From: a phage
DNA: 64,000 nucleotides
Sequence record: PZ019085.1
Strand: one strand, 5' to 3'
This document shows, piece by piece, positions 1 through 9,142 of the stretch; within the stretch, counting starts at the first letter, position 1; the number at the start of each line of letters is the position of its first letter. The translations under genes and the position numbers were made by a program. Under the pieces are notes generated by a model. It saw only the letters and a program-made list of their open reading frames with translations, was not told where the DNA came from and did no database searches.

Positions 1-693
1 ATTCACAAGAACGGTGGGAAGAGCTATGCTCCTACTAAAGCATTCCGTGAATTTGAACGTAAATATTGTCATATGACTTCAGCTCTTACTGACAAAATTG
101 ATTATGACTACTGGCGTGAAAATCCATTATTTGAACCTGATGACTACCCAGTTATTTGTTTGAATGAAAAACCTGAAGTTCTTCCGGCAACTGATTTGAT
201 TATTAGTGCTCAACGTTATGACACTAAGATGCGTCGCACTGATGTTGCTCTTGAAGCAATTAAAGCACTAGGCGAAAATGGTATTGGTTATTGTCCAAGC
301 AAATGGGCACCACCAGCTAAATATCCTGTTATTATTGATGCTCCACATAGTGAAATCATGGAACGTCTTAAAACAGCTAAAGCACTTATTAATACGTGTC
401 CTGACACAGGTACGGTAGAGAATAGTTCTATTGAAGCCATCTCTAAAGGTGTCCCTGTAATCCAGTTAGTTTTTAAGGATTATCCTCATGCGACATTCGA
501 ATACGACCCAGATACTGTGCGTGTAGAAATTGATTCCTCTACTCCTAAGAAAGAAGTAGTTGCGCTTTACACAAAAGCTGTATTAGAATTCACTGACACA
601 TACGAAGCTCGAGTTAAACGTGCTGAAGCAGTATGGAAGAAGTATAATCGAGATGCAGTTGTTGCGATGTGGGATAAAATCTTCACAGCGTAA
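1..693 (+). CDS. Hypothetical protein, C-terminal portion; reading frame is open to the window edge (first in-frame ATG at 73)
   Basis: Frame 1 has no stop from nt 1; no SD before ATG 73. Motif SIEAISKGVPVI weakly resembles the E-x7-E/G-PV region of GT-B glycosyltransferases. Does not match my recollection of T4 gp60/gp39. Confidence 0.45.
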   Translation: MHKNGGKSYAPTKAFREFERKYCHMTSALTDKIDYDYWRENPLFEPDDYPVICLNEKPEVLPATDLIISAQRYDTKMRRTDVALEAIKALGENGIGYCPSKWAPPAKYPVIIDAPHSEIMERLKTAKALINTCPDTGTVENSSIEAISKGVPVIQLVFKDYPHATFEYDPDTVRVEIDSSTPKKEVVALYTKAVLEFTDTYEARVKRAEAVWKKYNRDAVVAMWDKIFTA

Positions 694-785
694 ATCCTGA
701 ATAGCCTGAGGCACTATTACACATAAGATGATAAATTATACGGTCTTTAGTAATAGTGCCCTAGGAATCTACTGAAGAGAATATT

Positions 786-986
786 ATGAGAACGTATAAC
801 GTGGACTTGGAACTTTTTGATAAAGCGGTGCTCCGAGAATTCCGGCTTATCCAAAGATTTTTTGATATCGAATCAGCTGAAGCCTTTAAAGAACGCTTTA
901 AGGAAATTCGATATAAAATACAAACCGATACAGCTACTAAAGAAGAACTTCTTGAAGTAGCAGAAATTTTTAAACGTAACTTGTGA
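786..986 (+). CDS. Small hypothetical protein (rIIA.1 position)
   Basis: 66-aa ORF directly upstream of rIIA; synteny only. Confidence 0.5.
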   Translation: MRTYNVDLELFDKAVLREFRLIQRFFDIESAEAFKERFKEIRYKIQTDTATKEELLEVAEIFKRNL

Positions 987-998
987 TGAGAGAAAAAT

Positions 999-3212
999 AT
1001 GATTATTGAAACGGCTAAAGAAACGATTATTGGTTCAGGCGGTAAGAGCACAGCATTCACTATTCAAGGCAATAGCAAAGTTTATAAGATTTTGTCTAAC
1101 GACCTTTATACAAACAAAGAATTGGCTTGTGTACGTGAATTAATCACAAACTGTATCGATGGACAAATTCTTAATGGTTGCACTGATAAGTTTATTGTTC
1201 AGGCTCCAGGTCGTTTAGACCCACGTTTTGTAGTTCGAGACTTTGGTCCTGGTATGAGTGATTTCACCATTCGAGGTAATGACGAAGAGCCAGGAATCTA
1301 TAACTCATATTTTGCTTCAACTAAAACATCGAGTAACGATTTCATTGGTGGTTTCGGTCTCGGCTCTAAAGCTCCACTAGCATATACCGATACGTTTAAC
1401 CTTACGTCTTATCACAACGGTGAAGTTCGTGGTTACGTAATCTACCAAGATGACAGTGGTCCACAGATTAAGCCAACCTTTGTAGATAAGATGGGCCCTG
1501 ATGACCGTACAGGTGTTGAAGTAGTTGTACCGGTTAACCCAGAAGATTTTGAAAAGTTCGCATCTGAAATTGCATATGTTATGCGTCCTCTAGGTGATAT
1601 TGCAGAAGTTCGTGGTGTTAAAGATATTAAATACTTTCCTGAATTTGACGATGTATATTTAGCCAAGGAAGCTCCATGGGGTGAACGTGGTAATATCATG
1701 GCTGTTTATGGTGGTATTGTATATCCAATCGGAAGTGTTATTAAAGAACAAACATGGATGATGACGCGATGCACTACAGCTTATATTAAATTCCCTATGG
1801 GTGAACTAGATGTAGCCCCGTCTCGTGAAGCATTGTCATTTGATAAACGTACAGTAGCAAATATCCATAAACGTGTTGCAGAAATCGATGCTAAATTGTT
1901 CGCTGAAGATTCTAAGAAATGGATTGATTGTAAATACCCACGTCATGTATTCCGTGAAATAGATTCTCTTGGCTATACCGCTCGTAAATACATGGAAAAG
2001 GCCGGGTCTAATATTGAATCACTGAAATACTCTAAAGAACAACTAACTTATTCTGAGTTGTACAAACGTTTTAAAATGGGACCCGAATGGTGTAATCTTG
2101 GCGTCGTATACGATATCGTTGAATCCCCTCGTCTTCGTCGTATTCGTGAAAGTGGTAGCTCATCAACAACCATTTCAATTAACAGCCTGATCGGCATTAA
2201 CATTAAAAACGTTGAAATTGTTATTGACGACGTTAAGGGACGCGTTCCATTAATGCGAGCTCTTAATTCGATTGAAATGTCTAAAGACGAGGTTAAATTA
2301 ACCGGTAAAGTTCCACGCGGTTTTGGTAAAAGCGTACTATTCGTTGACCCTACAGACGAAGATGCAATGAAACTTCTTGAACGTCTTAAAGTTATCTTTG
2401 ATGGCGACAACATTAACATGTACAAGACTTCAGAGCTTTTACAAATCGTTAAGCCATGGATTGAAGTCAGGAAACGGACTAATGAGCCTCGCCCTAAATC
2501 ACCGAGTGCCCATCGTTTCTTCAAGAACGAAAACGATGTTTGGGTATCGGAAGATCTCTTTATTCCAGCGAGTGAAGCTGATGAAATCCAAGGTTATGCT
2601 ATAGTTCGTAATCGTTCTAATGCTGAATGTCTTGACGCAGATAAAGGTTGGTTGAACTATGACTCCAATTTCTTGACCCGTATTGCTGATTTGTCAGGTA
2701 TTAAAGAGTTCACTGTAGTTCGCCCACAAATTGCTAAGAAAGTTCGTAAACTTGGTGAAGTAGAATGTTTGTTTGAAAAATCAATTAATGACTATATTAT
2801 GCTAATCGATAAAGTAGATTATGATGAGTATGTATCACCAAGTCGTAGAGCACAGCCTTATTTGAATCATATTACTCGTAATGAAGAGCTTAACTTCCTT
2901 AGTAAGTATTTTAGCTCTAAGAACAAAGAAATCAGTAAAGACTTTGCAAAACTCTCAACAGTAAATAATCGCTGGGGATGGAATCGATTCGCAGGTGCTG
3001 ATAACAGAGACCTTAACAGGAAGTTAGAATTGTGTGCTAAAATTTTCGATAAGCTTAAAGATAATGCTTACGATAATGATGATAAAATGGTTATTGAATT
3101 TGAAACCAATTATCATATTGTGTCAGAATACATGGGACGACGTGGTACTCTTTCCAAAGAACAGGTCGCTCAAATCGTTAAATTCATGAAGGCCGTGGAA
3201 GCGGCCAAATAA
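999..3212 (+). CDS. rIIA: rIIA protein (rapid-lysis/Rex-exclusion locus), GHKL-type ATPase-like N-terminus
   Basis: 737 aa (T4 ~725); N-terminal similarity to T4 rIIA incl. ELITNxID motif; followed by rIIB. Confidence 0.9.
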   Translation: MIIETAKETIIGSGGKSTAFTIQGNSKVYKILSNDLYTNKELACVRELITNCIDGQILNGCTDKFIVQAPGRLDPRFVVRDFGPGMSDFTIRGNDEEPGIYNSYFASTKTSSNDFIGGFGLGSKAPLAYTDTFNLTSYHNGEVRGYVIYQDDSGPQIKPTFVDKMGPDDRTGVEVVVPVNPEDFEKFASEIAYVMRPLGDIAEVRGVKDIKYFPEFDDVYLAKEAPWGERGNIMAVYGGIVYPIGSVIKEQTWMMTRCTTAYIKFPMGELDVAPSREALSFDKRTVANIHKRVAEIDAKLFAEDSKKWIDCKYPRHVFREIDSLGYTARKYMEKAGSNIESLKYSKEQLTYSELYKRFKMGPEWCNLGVVYDIVESPRLRRIRESGSSSTTISINSLIGINIKNVEIVIDDVKGRVPLMRALNSIEMSKDEVKLTGKVPRGFGKSVLFVDPTDEDAMKLLERLKVIFDGDNINMYKTSELLQIVKPWIEVRKRTNEPRPKSPSAHRFFKNENDVWVSEDLFIPASEADEIQGYAIVRNRSNAECLDADKGWLNYDSNFLTRIADLSGIKEFTVVRPQIAKKVRKLGEVECLFEKSINDYIMLIDKVDYDEYVSPSRRAQPYLNHITRNEELNFLSKYFSSKNKEISKDFAKLSTVNNRWGWNRFAGADNRDLNRKLELCAKIFDKLKDNAYDNDDKMVIEFETNYHIVSEYMGRRGTLSKEQVAQIVKFMKAVEAAK

Positions 3213-3221
3213 GGAAACATT

Positions 3222-4169
3222 ATGTACAATATCAAATGCTTGTCCCAAGAAGAACAGTTAGAAGCTTACGGCCTTGTTGAATCAGGCAAATGGACTCGTA
3301 AAGAAATTGCCGATTACTTCGACATTTCAACAGATACTCTTCGTAAGATTGTTAAGAATTTTAAAGCTGAAGGCGTTGTCCCTGAAGCAAACGATGCCTC
3401 TTATGTAATCGAAGAAGTTCCAGAAAATAATGAACCTATTATTACAGGTCATCGTCCAGAAATCGTATGGAACGCGTCATCTAAATTTATTTCAATCATT
3501 GAAGGACGCGTAGCATACAATGCGACTCCATCAAGTCATGCAAATTTTGAAGAAATTAAAGCTAATCTGGTCGCAGGAAACCTTAGTAAAGCTGTCGAAC
3601 TTATTAACATCAAGAAAGCTATTAGTAAGTTTGTTGACGGTAATGTTACTATTGAAGGTGGTAGTTTATTTTATCAAGGTATAGAAATTCGTTCAGGACT
3701 GGTTAATCGTATTATTGATTCCATGGAAAAAGGTGAAGACTTTAAATTCTATCTGCCGTTCCTTGAAAACCTGTTAGAAAACCCAAGCGAAAAAGCTGTA
3801 CAACGTTTATTCGACTTCTTGGTTGCAAATGATATTGAAATCACTGAAGATGGGTATTTCTATGCATGGAAAGTAGTTCGTAAGGACTATTTAGACTGCT
3901 ATAGTGGCACATTTGATAACTCGCCTGGTAAAGTTGTTTCAATGCCTCGTACTCGAGTTAACGACGATGATACACAAACTTGTTCCCGTGGTCTACACGT
4001 TTGTGCTAAATCATATATTCGTTACTTCGGTTCAAGCTCAGATAAAGTTGTTAAGGTTAAAGTTCATCCACGTGATGTTGTATCCATCCCAGTTGACTAT
4101 GGTGATGCTAAGATGCGTACTTGTCGTTATGAAGTAATTTCAGACGTTACTGAATTATTTGCAGAATAA
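3222..4169 (+). CDS. rIIB: rIIB protein
   Basis: 315 aa (T4 312); position after rIIA; followed by strong terminator. Confidence 0.88.
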   Translation: MYNIKCLSQEEQLEAYGLVESGKWTRKEIADYFDISTDTLRKIVKNFKAEGVVPEANDASYVIEEVPENNEPIITGHRPEIVWNASSKFISIIEGRVAYNATPSSHANFEEIKANLVAGNLSKAVELINIKKAISKFVDGNVTIEGGSLFYQGIEIRSGLVNRIIDSMEKGEDFKFYLPFLENLLENPSEKAVQRLFDFLVANDIEITEDGYFYAWKVVRKDYLDCYSGTFDNSPGKVVSMPRTRVNDDDTQTCSRGLHVCAKSYIRYFGSSSDKVVKVKVHPRDVVSIPVDYGDAKMRTCRYEVISDVTELFAE

Positions 4170-4174
4170 TAATT

Positions 4175-4197
4175 GGGGACTTCGGTCCCCTTTTTTT
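4175..4197 (+). terminator. Intrinsic terminator after rIIB (GGGGAC-UUCG-GUCCCC + T7)
   Basis: 6-bp GC stem, UUCG tetraloop, 7 T. Confidence 0.8.
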
Positions 4198-4211
4198 CTT
4201 TAGGGGTAATT

Positions 4212-4499
4212 ATGATTCATCCATTTGACGTATCAGAATCCAAAATTGCTAATCTTCGTGGTCATCATAAGTGTAAATCAGTTTATTGTGCTAAATTGGT
4301 AAAACATCCTGGTGATGCACACTACGGCTGGTTAGAATGTGACGAAGTTGTTATTGAAATCCCACCTGTAGATGCAGAATATCTTGAAGAAGGTGACCGC
4401 ATTTATTTTGGCGAACTACACATCAGAGGTATCTATGGTAAAGACGAACTTGGGACTGTTGAGACTGAAGAATCTTCCGACATTTATCCTGTCGAATGA
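4212..4499 (+). CDS. Hypothetical protein
   Basis: ATG 4212 preceded by AGGGG SD; A/T-rich third codon positions support this frame through 4499. Confidence 0.45.
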   Translation: MIHPFDVSESKIANLRGHHKCKSVYCAKLVKHPGDAHYGWLECDEVVIEIPPVDAEYLEEGDRIYFGELHIRGIYGKDELGTVETEESSDIYPVE

Positions 4500-4515
4500 G
4501 TTTTTGACTGGTGAA

Positions 4516-4992
4516 ATGAAGGTGAAGATTGCTGACACTGCTCGGTATTCCCTGAGCCAAAATCCTGACCAAAACAAAGAAGATGTAGTTCGACGTTGTA
4601 AGGTTGCGGTCTTTGCAGAGTATGTGGTAGCAAATTGGCTAGACGGATATGTTAATAAAGGTATTGAAGACGTAGAAGACCCGTACACGTATGCGTGGGA
4701 CGTGTTAGCCCATCCCAAGTATTGTGGAATTCGTGTAGAAGTCAAGACACACCAGATAGATTCTAAATGGATTTCAGTTACCACAGGATACAGTGGTGAT
4801 TATCCGGGTGGTAATGGAATCAATATAGGGCCCTTCTTGAACCATCGAGTCGCAGATTGCATTATTATATTAGATGTCAAAGAAACCTCACCTGACGTCT
4901 TCTCTTATTCTATAAAGTTTGTGGGAGACCATGAAGACCTAAAGAAAATCGTCCGCAAGAGCAACTACAACGGGTGGTATCTTCATCTTTAA
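4516..4992 (+). CDS. Putative endonuclease IV-like protein (denB position); start uncertain (alternatives TTG 4504, ATG 4435)
   Basis: Position between rIIB and ndd as T4 denB; ORF 4372..4992 trimmed to first start after upstream stop. Confidence 0.4.
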   Translation: MKVKIADTARYSLSQNPDQNKEDVVRRCKVAVFAEYVVANWLDGYVNKGIEDVEDPYTYAWDVLAHPKYCGIRVEVKTHQIDSKWISVTTGYSGDYPGGNGINIGPFLNHRVADCIIILDVKETSPDVFSYSIKFVGDHEDLKKIVRKSNYNGWYLHL

Positions 4993-5004
4993 TTTCATAA
5001 AAGT

Positions 5005-5034
5005 GTTTACAACTAAGTAGGACTATGTTATAGT
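5005..5034 (+). promoter_or_regulatory. T4-type early promoter (-35 GTTTAC, 18-bp spacer, TGn-TATAGT)
   Basis: GTTTAC 5005-5010, TATAGT 5029-5034; ~27 nt upstream of ORF 5061. Confidence 0.7.
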
Positions 5035-5060
5035 AGTCCTATCTAAAAGAGGATAACATT

Positions 5061-5324
5061 ATGAAATTTAAATTTTTCTACGCAAAACATAAAGTAACAG
5101 GCGAATTTGTTTCAATGTACAACACTGCAGATGACGAAGGGATGATTTATACCCATTTGGGACTATCTCATTGGGACTCAGACGTGCCTTATATGTCATC
5201 TGAAGCCGAAATAACTCGTTTAGTTAATGGACATATGAACGACCATTTTAGTGTTATTCTTTCTAAAGACCTTAAAGAGGTTATCAACAAAGGATATATG
5301 GAACTGGCGGAAGTTGAGCTATGA
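5061..5324 (+). CDS. Hypothetical protein
   Basis: 87-aa ORF 20 nt downstream of early promoter 5005..5034. Confidence 0.5.
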   Translation: MKFKFFYAKHKVTGEFVSMYNTADDEGMIYTHLGLSHWDSDVPYMSSEAEITRLVNGHMNDHFSVILSKDLKEVINKGYMELAEVEL

Positions 5325-5407
5325 GCTCTAAAATGTGGATCGGAATATGGTTGCTTAGTATCCCTATGATTTGTATAATATTTTCAATTGCATTGAGGTA
5401 CTTATGA
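5321..5407 (+). CDS. Small hydrophobic peptide (28 aa), translationally coupled (ATGA overlap)
   Basis: ATG overlaps stop of upstream ORF; MSSKMWIGIWLLSIPMICIIFSIALRYL is TM-like. Confidence 0.25.
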   Translation: MSSKMWIGIWLLSIPMICIIFSIALRYL

Positions 5408-5514
5408 AAAATGCACTTCTTATTGTACTAAGAACAATTTGCGATACGGGTTTTTACATTGCGTGTTCGTTCACAGGAACATGGTTGGCTTTAACATATT
5501 TTAATGTAATTTAA
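5404..5514 (+). CDS. Small hydrophobic peptide (36 aa), translationally coupled
   Basis: ATG overlaps stop of 5321..5407; hydrophobic. Confidence 0.25.
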   Translation: MKNALLIVLRTICDTGFYIACSFTGTWLALTYFNVI

Positions 5515-5516
5515 TT

Positions 5517-5546
5517 GTTTACAACAAGGTAGGATTATGGTATAGT
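5517..5546 (+). promoter_or_regulatory. T4-type early promoter
   Basis: GTTTAC 5517-5522, TATAGT 5541-5546. Confidence 0.7.
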
Positions 5547-5574
5547 AGTCCTATCAAAACACGAGGAACACAAA

Positions 5575-5775
5575 ATGGCTAAGCTTTTTAAAGATGTTGA
5601 AATTGGTGAAAAATTTGTCCTGAATAATGGCCAGCAGCTTATTCGTGTAGCTTCTATCGCCGGACAAACTCATAACTGTATCGCCCCAACGTGTTGGACT
5701 CGATTCTTTATTGAAGATGACACTGAATGTTTAACTGTTGAAGAGCTTTTTGAACGTTCTGATATGGCCGAATAA
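5575..5775 (+). CDS. Hypothetical protein
   Basis: 66-aa ORF downstream of early promoter 5517..5546. Confidence 0.5.
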   Translation: MAKLFKDVEIGEKFVLNNGQQLIRVASIAGQTHNCIAPTCWTRFFIEDDTECLTVEELFERSDMAE

Positions 5776-5777
5776 AA

Positions 5778-5807
5778 TTGTACAAACTCTTGAGAGCAGA
5801 GTATAAT
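5778..5807 (+). promoter_or_regulatory. T4-type early promoter (variant -35 TTGTAC, TATAAT) upstream of ndd
   Basis: TTGTAC 5778-5783, TATAAT 5802-5807; nearly identical to promoter at 33756. Confidence 0.6.
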
Positions 5808-5851
5808 GCTCTCATGGATTACAAAAACATTAATCAATTGAGGAAATTAGT

Positions 5852-6298
5852 ATGTCTAAATATTTAACTCGTAAAGACCTTCTGGCAGTTGGTGGTGAAG
5901 TTGTTGCAGTAGTTCGTAATGGCGAATACGGTTCCGAAGTTTCTAAAGAGTTTCGTTCTCGTGAAGGTTTTTACTTCTTTGTTAAAGGTTCATCCGATTG
6001 GCGACAAGTAGCAGCACGATTCTTTGTAGGACGTCAACGTTCTAAACAAGGGTTGGATGCAATTCTTTCTCACATTCGTCAAGGCCGTTCGCAACTAGCC
6101 CGTACCATGGGTACTAACAATATTGAATATGATGTAATCTTTGTTGCAGCTAAGAACATGAAACCACTGACTACTGGTTATGGTAAAGGACAATTGGCTC
6201 TGGCATTCACTCGCAATCATACATCAGAATATCAAACACTCACTGAAATGAACCGTCTTCTGGCAGATAATTTCAAATTCATTCTGCAGAGTTACTAA
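5852..6298 (+). CDS. ndd: Nucleoid disruption protein Ndd
   Basis: 148 aa; strong similarity to T4 Ndd (…QRSKQG…LSHIRQ…RSQLART…KPLTTG…[13 protein letters not shown]…EYQTL…MNR…LADNFKF). Confidence 0.85.
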   Translation: MSKYLTRKDLLAVGGEVVAVVRNGEYGSEVSKEFRSREGFYFFVKGSSDWRQVAARFFVGRQRSKQGLDAILSHIRQGRSQLARTMGTNNIEYDVIFVAAKNMKPLTTGYGKGQLALAFTRNHTSEYQTLTEMNRLLADNFKFILQSY

Positions 6299-6305
6299 TT
6301 TATAT

Positions 6306-6340
6306 AGGCCTATTAAGCTAGGCCTTTAATTTATTTTTGA
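6306..6340 (+). terminator. Possible terminator after ndd
   Basis: AGGCCT…AGGCCT stem with 8-nt loop then T-rich tract. Confidence 0.35.
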
Positions 6341-6350
6341 GGTAATTAAA

Positions 6351-6497
6351 ATGGTAGCATGGATTATTGCATTACTGTGTTGGTCGTTTTTATTCGTTAA
6401 CACTTTAGTTACAGGCGAAACATCAGTATTTCAACAGGCGGTGTCACAAGGTACCTTAGCAGTCTTAGCTCTTATTAACGTATTAAAAGGCGAGTAA
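6351..6497 (+). CDS. Small membrane protein (48 aa), Ac-like position
   Basis: GAGGT SD 7 nt upstream; hydrophobic; T4 has ac (51 aa) between ndd and 52. Confidence 0.4.
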   Translation: MVAWIIALLCWSFLFVNTLVTGETSVFQQAVSQGTLAVLALINVLKGE

Positions 6498-6637
6498 TGA
6501 TTAAGAAAATCTTAGCAGGAGCCTTCGGGCTCTTGTTGTTGCTTACGGTTCTGTACTATGGTGTGTTGTTTGGACTAATCCAAGTAGTGCTTTTCATTTC
6601 AGATGTTATAATGGTTATTCGTTCATTAATATGGTGA
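6497..6637 (+). CDS. Small membrane protein (46 aa)
   Basis: TAATG overlap with upstream ORF; hydrophobic; ends 4 nt before gene 52. Confidence 0.35.
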   Translation: MIKKILAGAFGLLLLLTVLYYGVLFGLIQVVLFISDVIMVIRSLIW

Positions 6638-6641
6638 AAAT

Positions 6642-7967
6642 ATGCAATTGAATTCTCGTAATCTAAAAAGTATTATTGATAACGAAGCCTTAGCATATGC
6701 GATGTACACCGTTGAAAACCGTGCAATCCCAAACATGATTGATGGATTTAAGCCGGTTCAACGTTTTGTGGTTCATCGTGCATTAGATTTGGCTCGTGGT
6801 AATAAAGAAAAATTTCATAAACTTGCGTCAATTGCAGGCGGTGTTGCAGATTTAGGTTATCACCATGGTGAATCTTCTGCACAAGATGCAGGTGCATTAA
6901 TGGCTAACACGTGGAACAACAACTATCCACTGTTAGATGGTCAAGGCAACTTTGGTTCTAGAACAGTCCAAAAAGCTGCAGCGTCTCGTTATATTTTTGC
7001 TCGTGTAAGTAAAAATTTCTATAACGTATATAAAGATACTGAATATGCTCCAGCTCATGAAGATAAAGAACACATTCCACCAAAATTCTATCTTCCTATT
7101 ATTCCGACAGTTCTTTTGAATGGCGTCTCTGGTATTGCAACCGGTTACGCAACAAATATTCTGCCTCATAGTTTTAAATCAGTCAAAAAGGCTGTATTAC
7201 AAGCTCTTCAAGGTAAAAATGTCACTAAGCCAAAAGTTGAATTCCCGGAATTCCGTGGTGAAGTACATGAAGTTGATGGGCGTTATGAGATTCACGGAAC
7301 ATATAAGTTCACATCTCGAACTCAAATGCAGATAACTGAAATCCCGTATAAATTTGACCGTGAAACGTATGTGAGTAAGGTTCTTGACCCGTTGGAAGAC
7401 AAAGGTCTAATCTCATGGGAAGATGATTGTGGTGAACATGGCTTTGGGTTTAAGGTGAAGTTCCGTAAAGAGTACTCGCTTCCTGATGATGAAGAGCTAC
7501 GTCATGAAAAAATCATGAAAGATTTTAGTCTCATCGAACGTCGTTCACAAAACATCACAGTGATTAATGAAAAGGGTAAATTAGCGGTCTATGATAACGT
7601 AGTGGACTTAATCAAAGATTTTGTTGAAGTCCGTAAGACTTACGTTCAGAAACGTATTGACAACAAAATCCTTGAATCTGAAAAAGCATTTAAACTTGCT
7701 TTTGCTAAGGCACACTTCATCAAAAAAGTTATTACAGGTGAAATTGTGATTCAGGGCAAGACTCGTAAAGCTTTGACTGAAGAGCTAGCACAAATCGAAA
7801 TGTATAAAGAACATGTCGATAAACTGGTAGGTCTTAACATCTTCCATATCACTTCCGACGAAGCACGTAAACTGGCAGAAGAAGCTAAAGCTAAGAAAGA
7901 AGAAAATGAGTATTGGAAGTCTACTGATGTTGTGACAGAGTACACTAAAGACTTGGAGGCACTTTGA
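6642..7967 (+). CDS. 52: DNA topoisomerase II medium subunit (GyrA-like cleavage/religation)
   Basis: 441 aa (T4 442); GyrA/ParC-like N-terminus incl. catalytic-Tyr context. Confidence 0.95.
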   Translation: MQLNSRNLKSIIDNEALAYAMYTVENRAIPNMIDGFKPVQRFVVHRALDLARGNKEKFHKLASIAGGVADLGYHHGESSAQDAGALMANTWNNNYPLLDGQGNFGSRTVQKAAASRYIFARVSKNFYNVYKDTEYAPAHEDKEHIPPKFYLPIIPTVLLNGVSGIATGYATNILPHSFKSVKKAVLQALQGKNVTKPKVEFPEFRGEVHEVDGRYEIHGTYKFTSRTQMQITEIPYKFDRETYVSKVLDPLEDKGLISWEDDCGEHGFGFKVKFRKEYSLPDDEELRHEKIMKDFSLIERRSQNITVINEKGKLAVYDNVVDLIKDFVEVRKTYVQKRIDNKILESEKAFKLAFAKAHFIKKVITGEIVIQGKTRKALTEELAQIEMYKEHVDKLVGLNIFHITSDEARKLAEEAKAKKEENEYWKSTDVVTEYTKDLEAL

Positions 7968-8044
7968 GTGCCCTAGCCTTAGGATTTCTCGGTGCAATAG
8001 CTGCACTAGTGATTTGGCTATATTGGTTGGACAAACATGATTAG

Positions 8045-8064
8045 GGAGCTTCGGCTCCTTTTTG
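8045..8064 (+). terminator. Intrinsic terminator after gene 52 (GGAGC-UUCG-GCUCC + T5)
   Basis: Stem-loop plus T-run. Confidence 0.75.
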
Positions 8065-8086
8065 TGCATTTTTTTCTAACAAAACA

Positions 8087-8118
8087 GTTTACATGTGCTT
8101 CAAACATGATAGTATAGA
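8087..8118 (+). promoter_or_regulatory. T4-type early promoter upstream of motA
   Basis: GTTTAC 8087-8092; -10 region TAGTATAGA 8110-8118. Confidence 0.65.
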
Positions 8119-8154
8119 CCTATCAAAACAAAACAACCAAATTGGAGAAATAAA

Positions 8155-8787
8155 ATGTCTAAAGTTACTTACATCATCAAAGCTTCTGAAAACGCTCTGA
8201 ATGAAAAAACTGCTGCAATAATGGTTTATATCATTAAGAACAACTTCACCACTGCTGCCAATGTCCGTGAAGCTCTGGAAGCGGAATACAATGCATCGGT
8301 TGTTAACTCTAACATTGGTGTATTGATTAAGAAAGGTTTAGTCGAAAAATCTGGTGATGGACTTATAGCAACAGGTGAAGCAATGGATATTATCCAAAAA
8401 GCTGCAGACCTATTTGCTCAAGAAAATGCTCCAGAACTTCTTCAGAAACGTAACACCAGAAAAGCACGTGGAGTTACTCCTGAAATGCATGAACTAGCAA
8501 ACTTTGTTTTTGAAAATATTAAAGATAAAGTTGAAGTTAAAGAAATTGGTGAAAACCGTAGTAACTTGGAAGTTCGATTTGCAAAACGAGTTCTAGGTAT
8601 TCGTCAGATCGAAATTCGTCGAAATGGTTCTCTTAGAATCTTTGCATACAACATGTCAGAAACTGAATCAAAGCTGTTTACTTCTCTTGAAAATGATGTT
8701 AAGATTAAGATCGGTGGTAAATATACTTACATTGACTTCCCTAATGTGTCCAAAGAAATCATTACTCTTGTAACTAACGTACTGTGA
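8155..8787 (+). CDS. motA: Middle-transcription activator MotA
   Basis: 210 aa (T4 211); N-terminus MSKVTYIIKAS… and NSNIGVLIKKGLVEKSGDGLI match T4 MotA. Confidence 0.9.
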   Translation: MSKVTYIIKASENALNEKTAAIMVYIIKNNFTTAANVREALEAEYNASVVNSNIGVLIKKGLVEKSGDGLIATGEAMDIIQKAADLFAQENAPELLQKRNTRKARGVTPEMHELANFVFENIKDKVEVKEIGENRSNLEVRFAKRVLGIRQIEIRRNGSLRIFAYNMSETESKLFTSLENDVKIKIGGKYTYIDFPNVSKEIITLVTNVL

Positions 8788-8797
8788 GGAATACATA

Positions 8798-9142
8798 ATG
8801 AATAAGCTGAATATTATTAACGAACTTCGTAAATGCGCAGAACCTACTCAGGAAGGATGGGATATTTGGTACCACGGGGCTTATTTAGGGACAATTGTAA
8901 AGGTTAAAGCTGGGTTATATTTAATTATTCGCGAAAATTCCGAATTCCCTAATGGAGTAGCTCCTGGTGGTCTTCGTAAAAACTATATGGCCGCGATCAG
9001 TTCATTTGTTGATGCAGCTTACGAAATCTATAAAGAAGATTATAAAGAATATCAGCAGTCGCAACCGGTTATTCGTTCGATTGGTGTAAATAAACAAGCA
9101 CAAAAATCTATTTGGCAACGTATTAAGGAATGGTTTAAATGA
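8798..9142 (+). CDS. Hypothetical protein
   Basis: 114-aa ORF in motA-asiA variable region. Confidence 0.55.
   Translation: MNKLNIINELRKCAEPTQEGWDIWYHGAYLGTIVKVKAGLYLIIRENSEFPNGVAPGGLRKNYMAAISSFVDAAYEIYKEDYKEYQQSQPVIRSIGVNKQAQKSIWQRIKEWFK

Noticed and set aside
1-693. Assignment of the first ORF as topoisomerase II large subunit (gene 39/60)
   Set aside because: No Toprim-type DxDxDG or EGDSA motifs and no resemblance to my recollection of gp60; synteny alone is insufficient.
761-1060. Minus-strand ORF (99 aa) overlapping rIIA.1 and the rIIA start
   Set aside because: Antisense to well-supported + strand genes, no start context, low-complexity translation; the same applies to other antisense ORFs inside rIIA (1442..1699, 2048..2524), gp34 (17284..17487), gp51 (53043..53261) and elsewhere.
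4372-4992. Long version of the denB-like ORF starting at 4372 or at ATG 4435
   Set aside because: It would overlap ORF 4212..4499 by 65-128 nt. In the overlap the third-codon positions are A/T-rich in the 4212 frame and G/C-rich in this frame, so the upstream ORF is more likely the coding frame and the downstream gene more likely starts at 4516. The 4435 start (good AGAGG SD, 185 aa like T4 denB) cannot be fully excluded.
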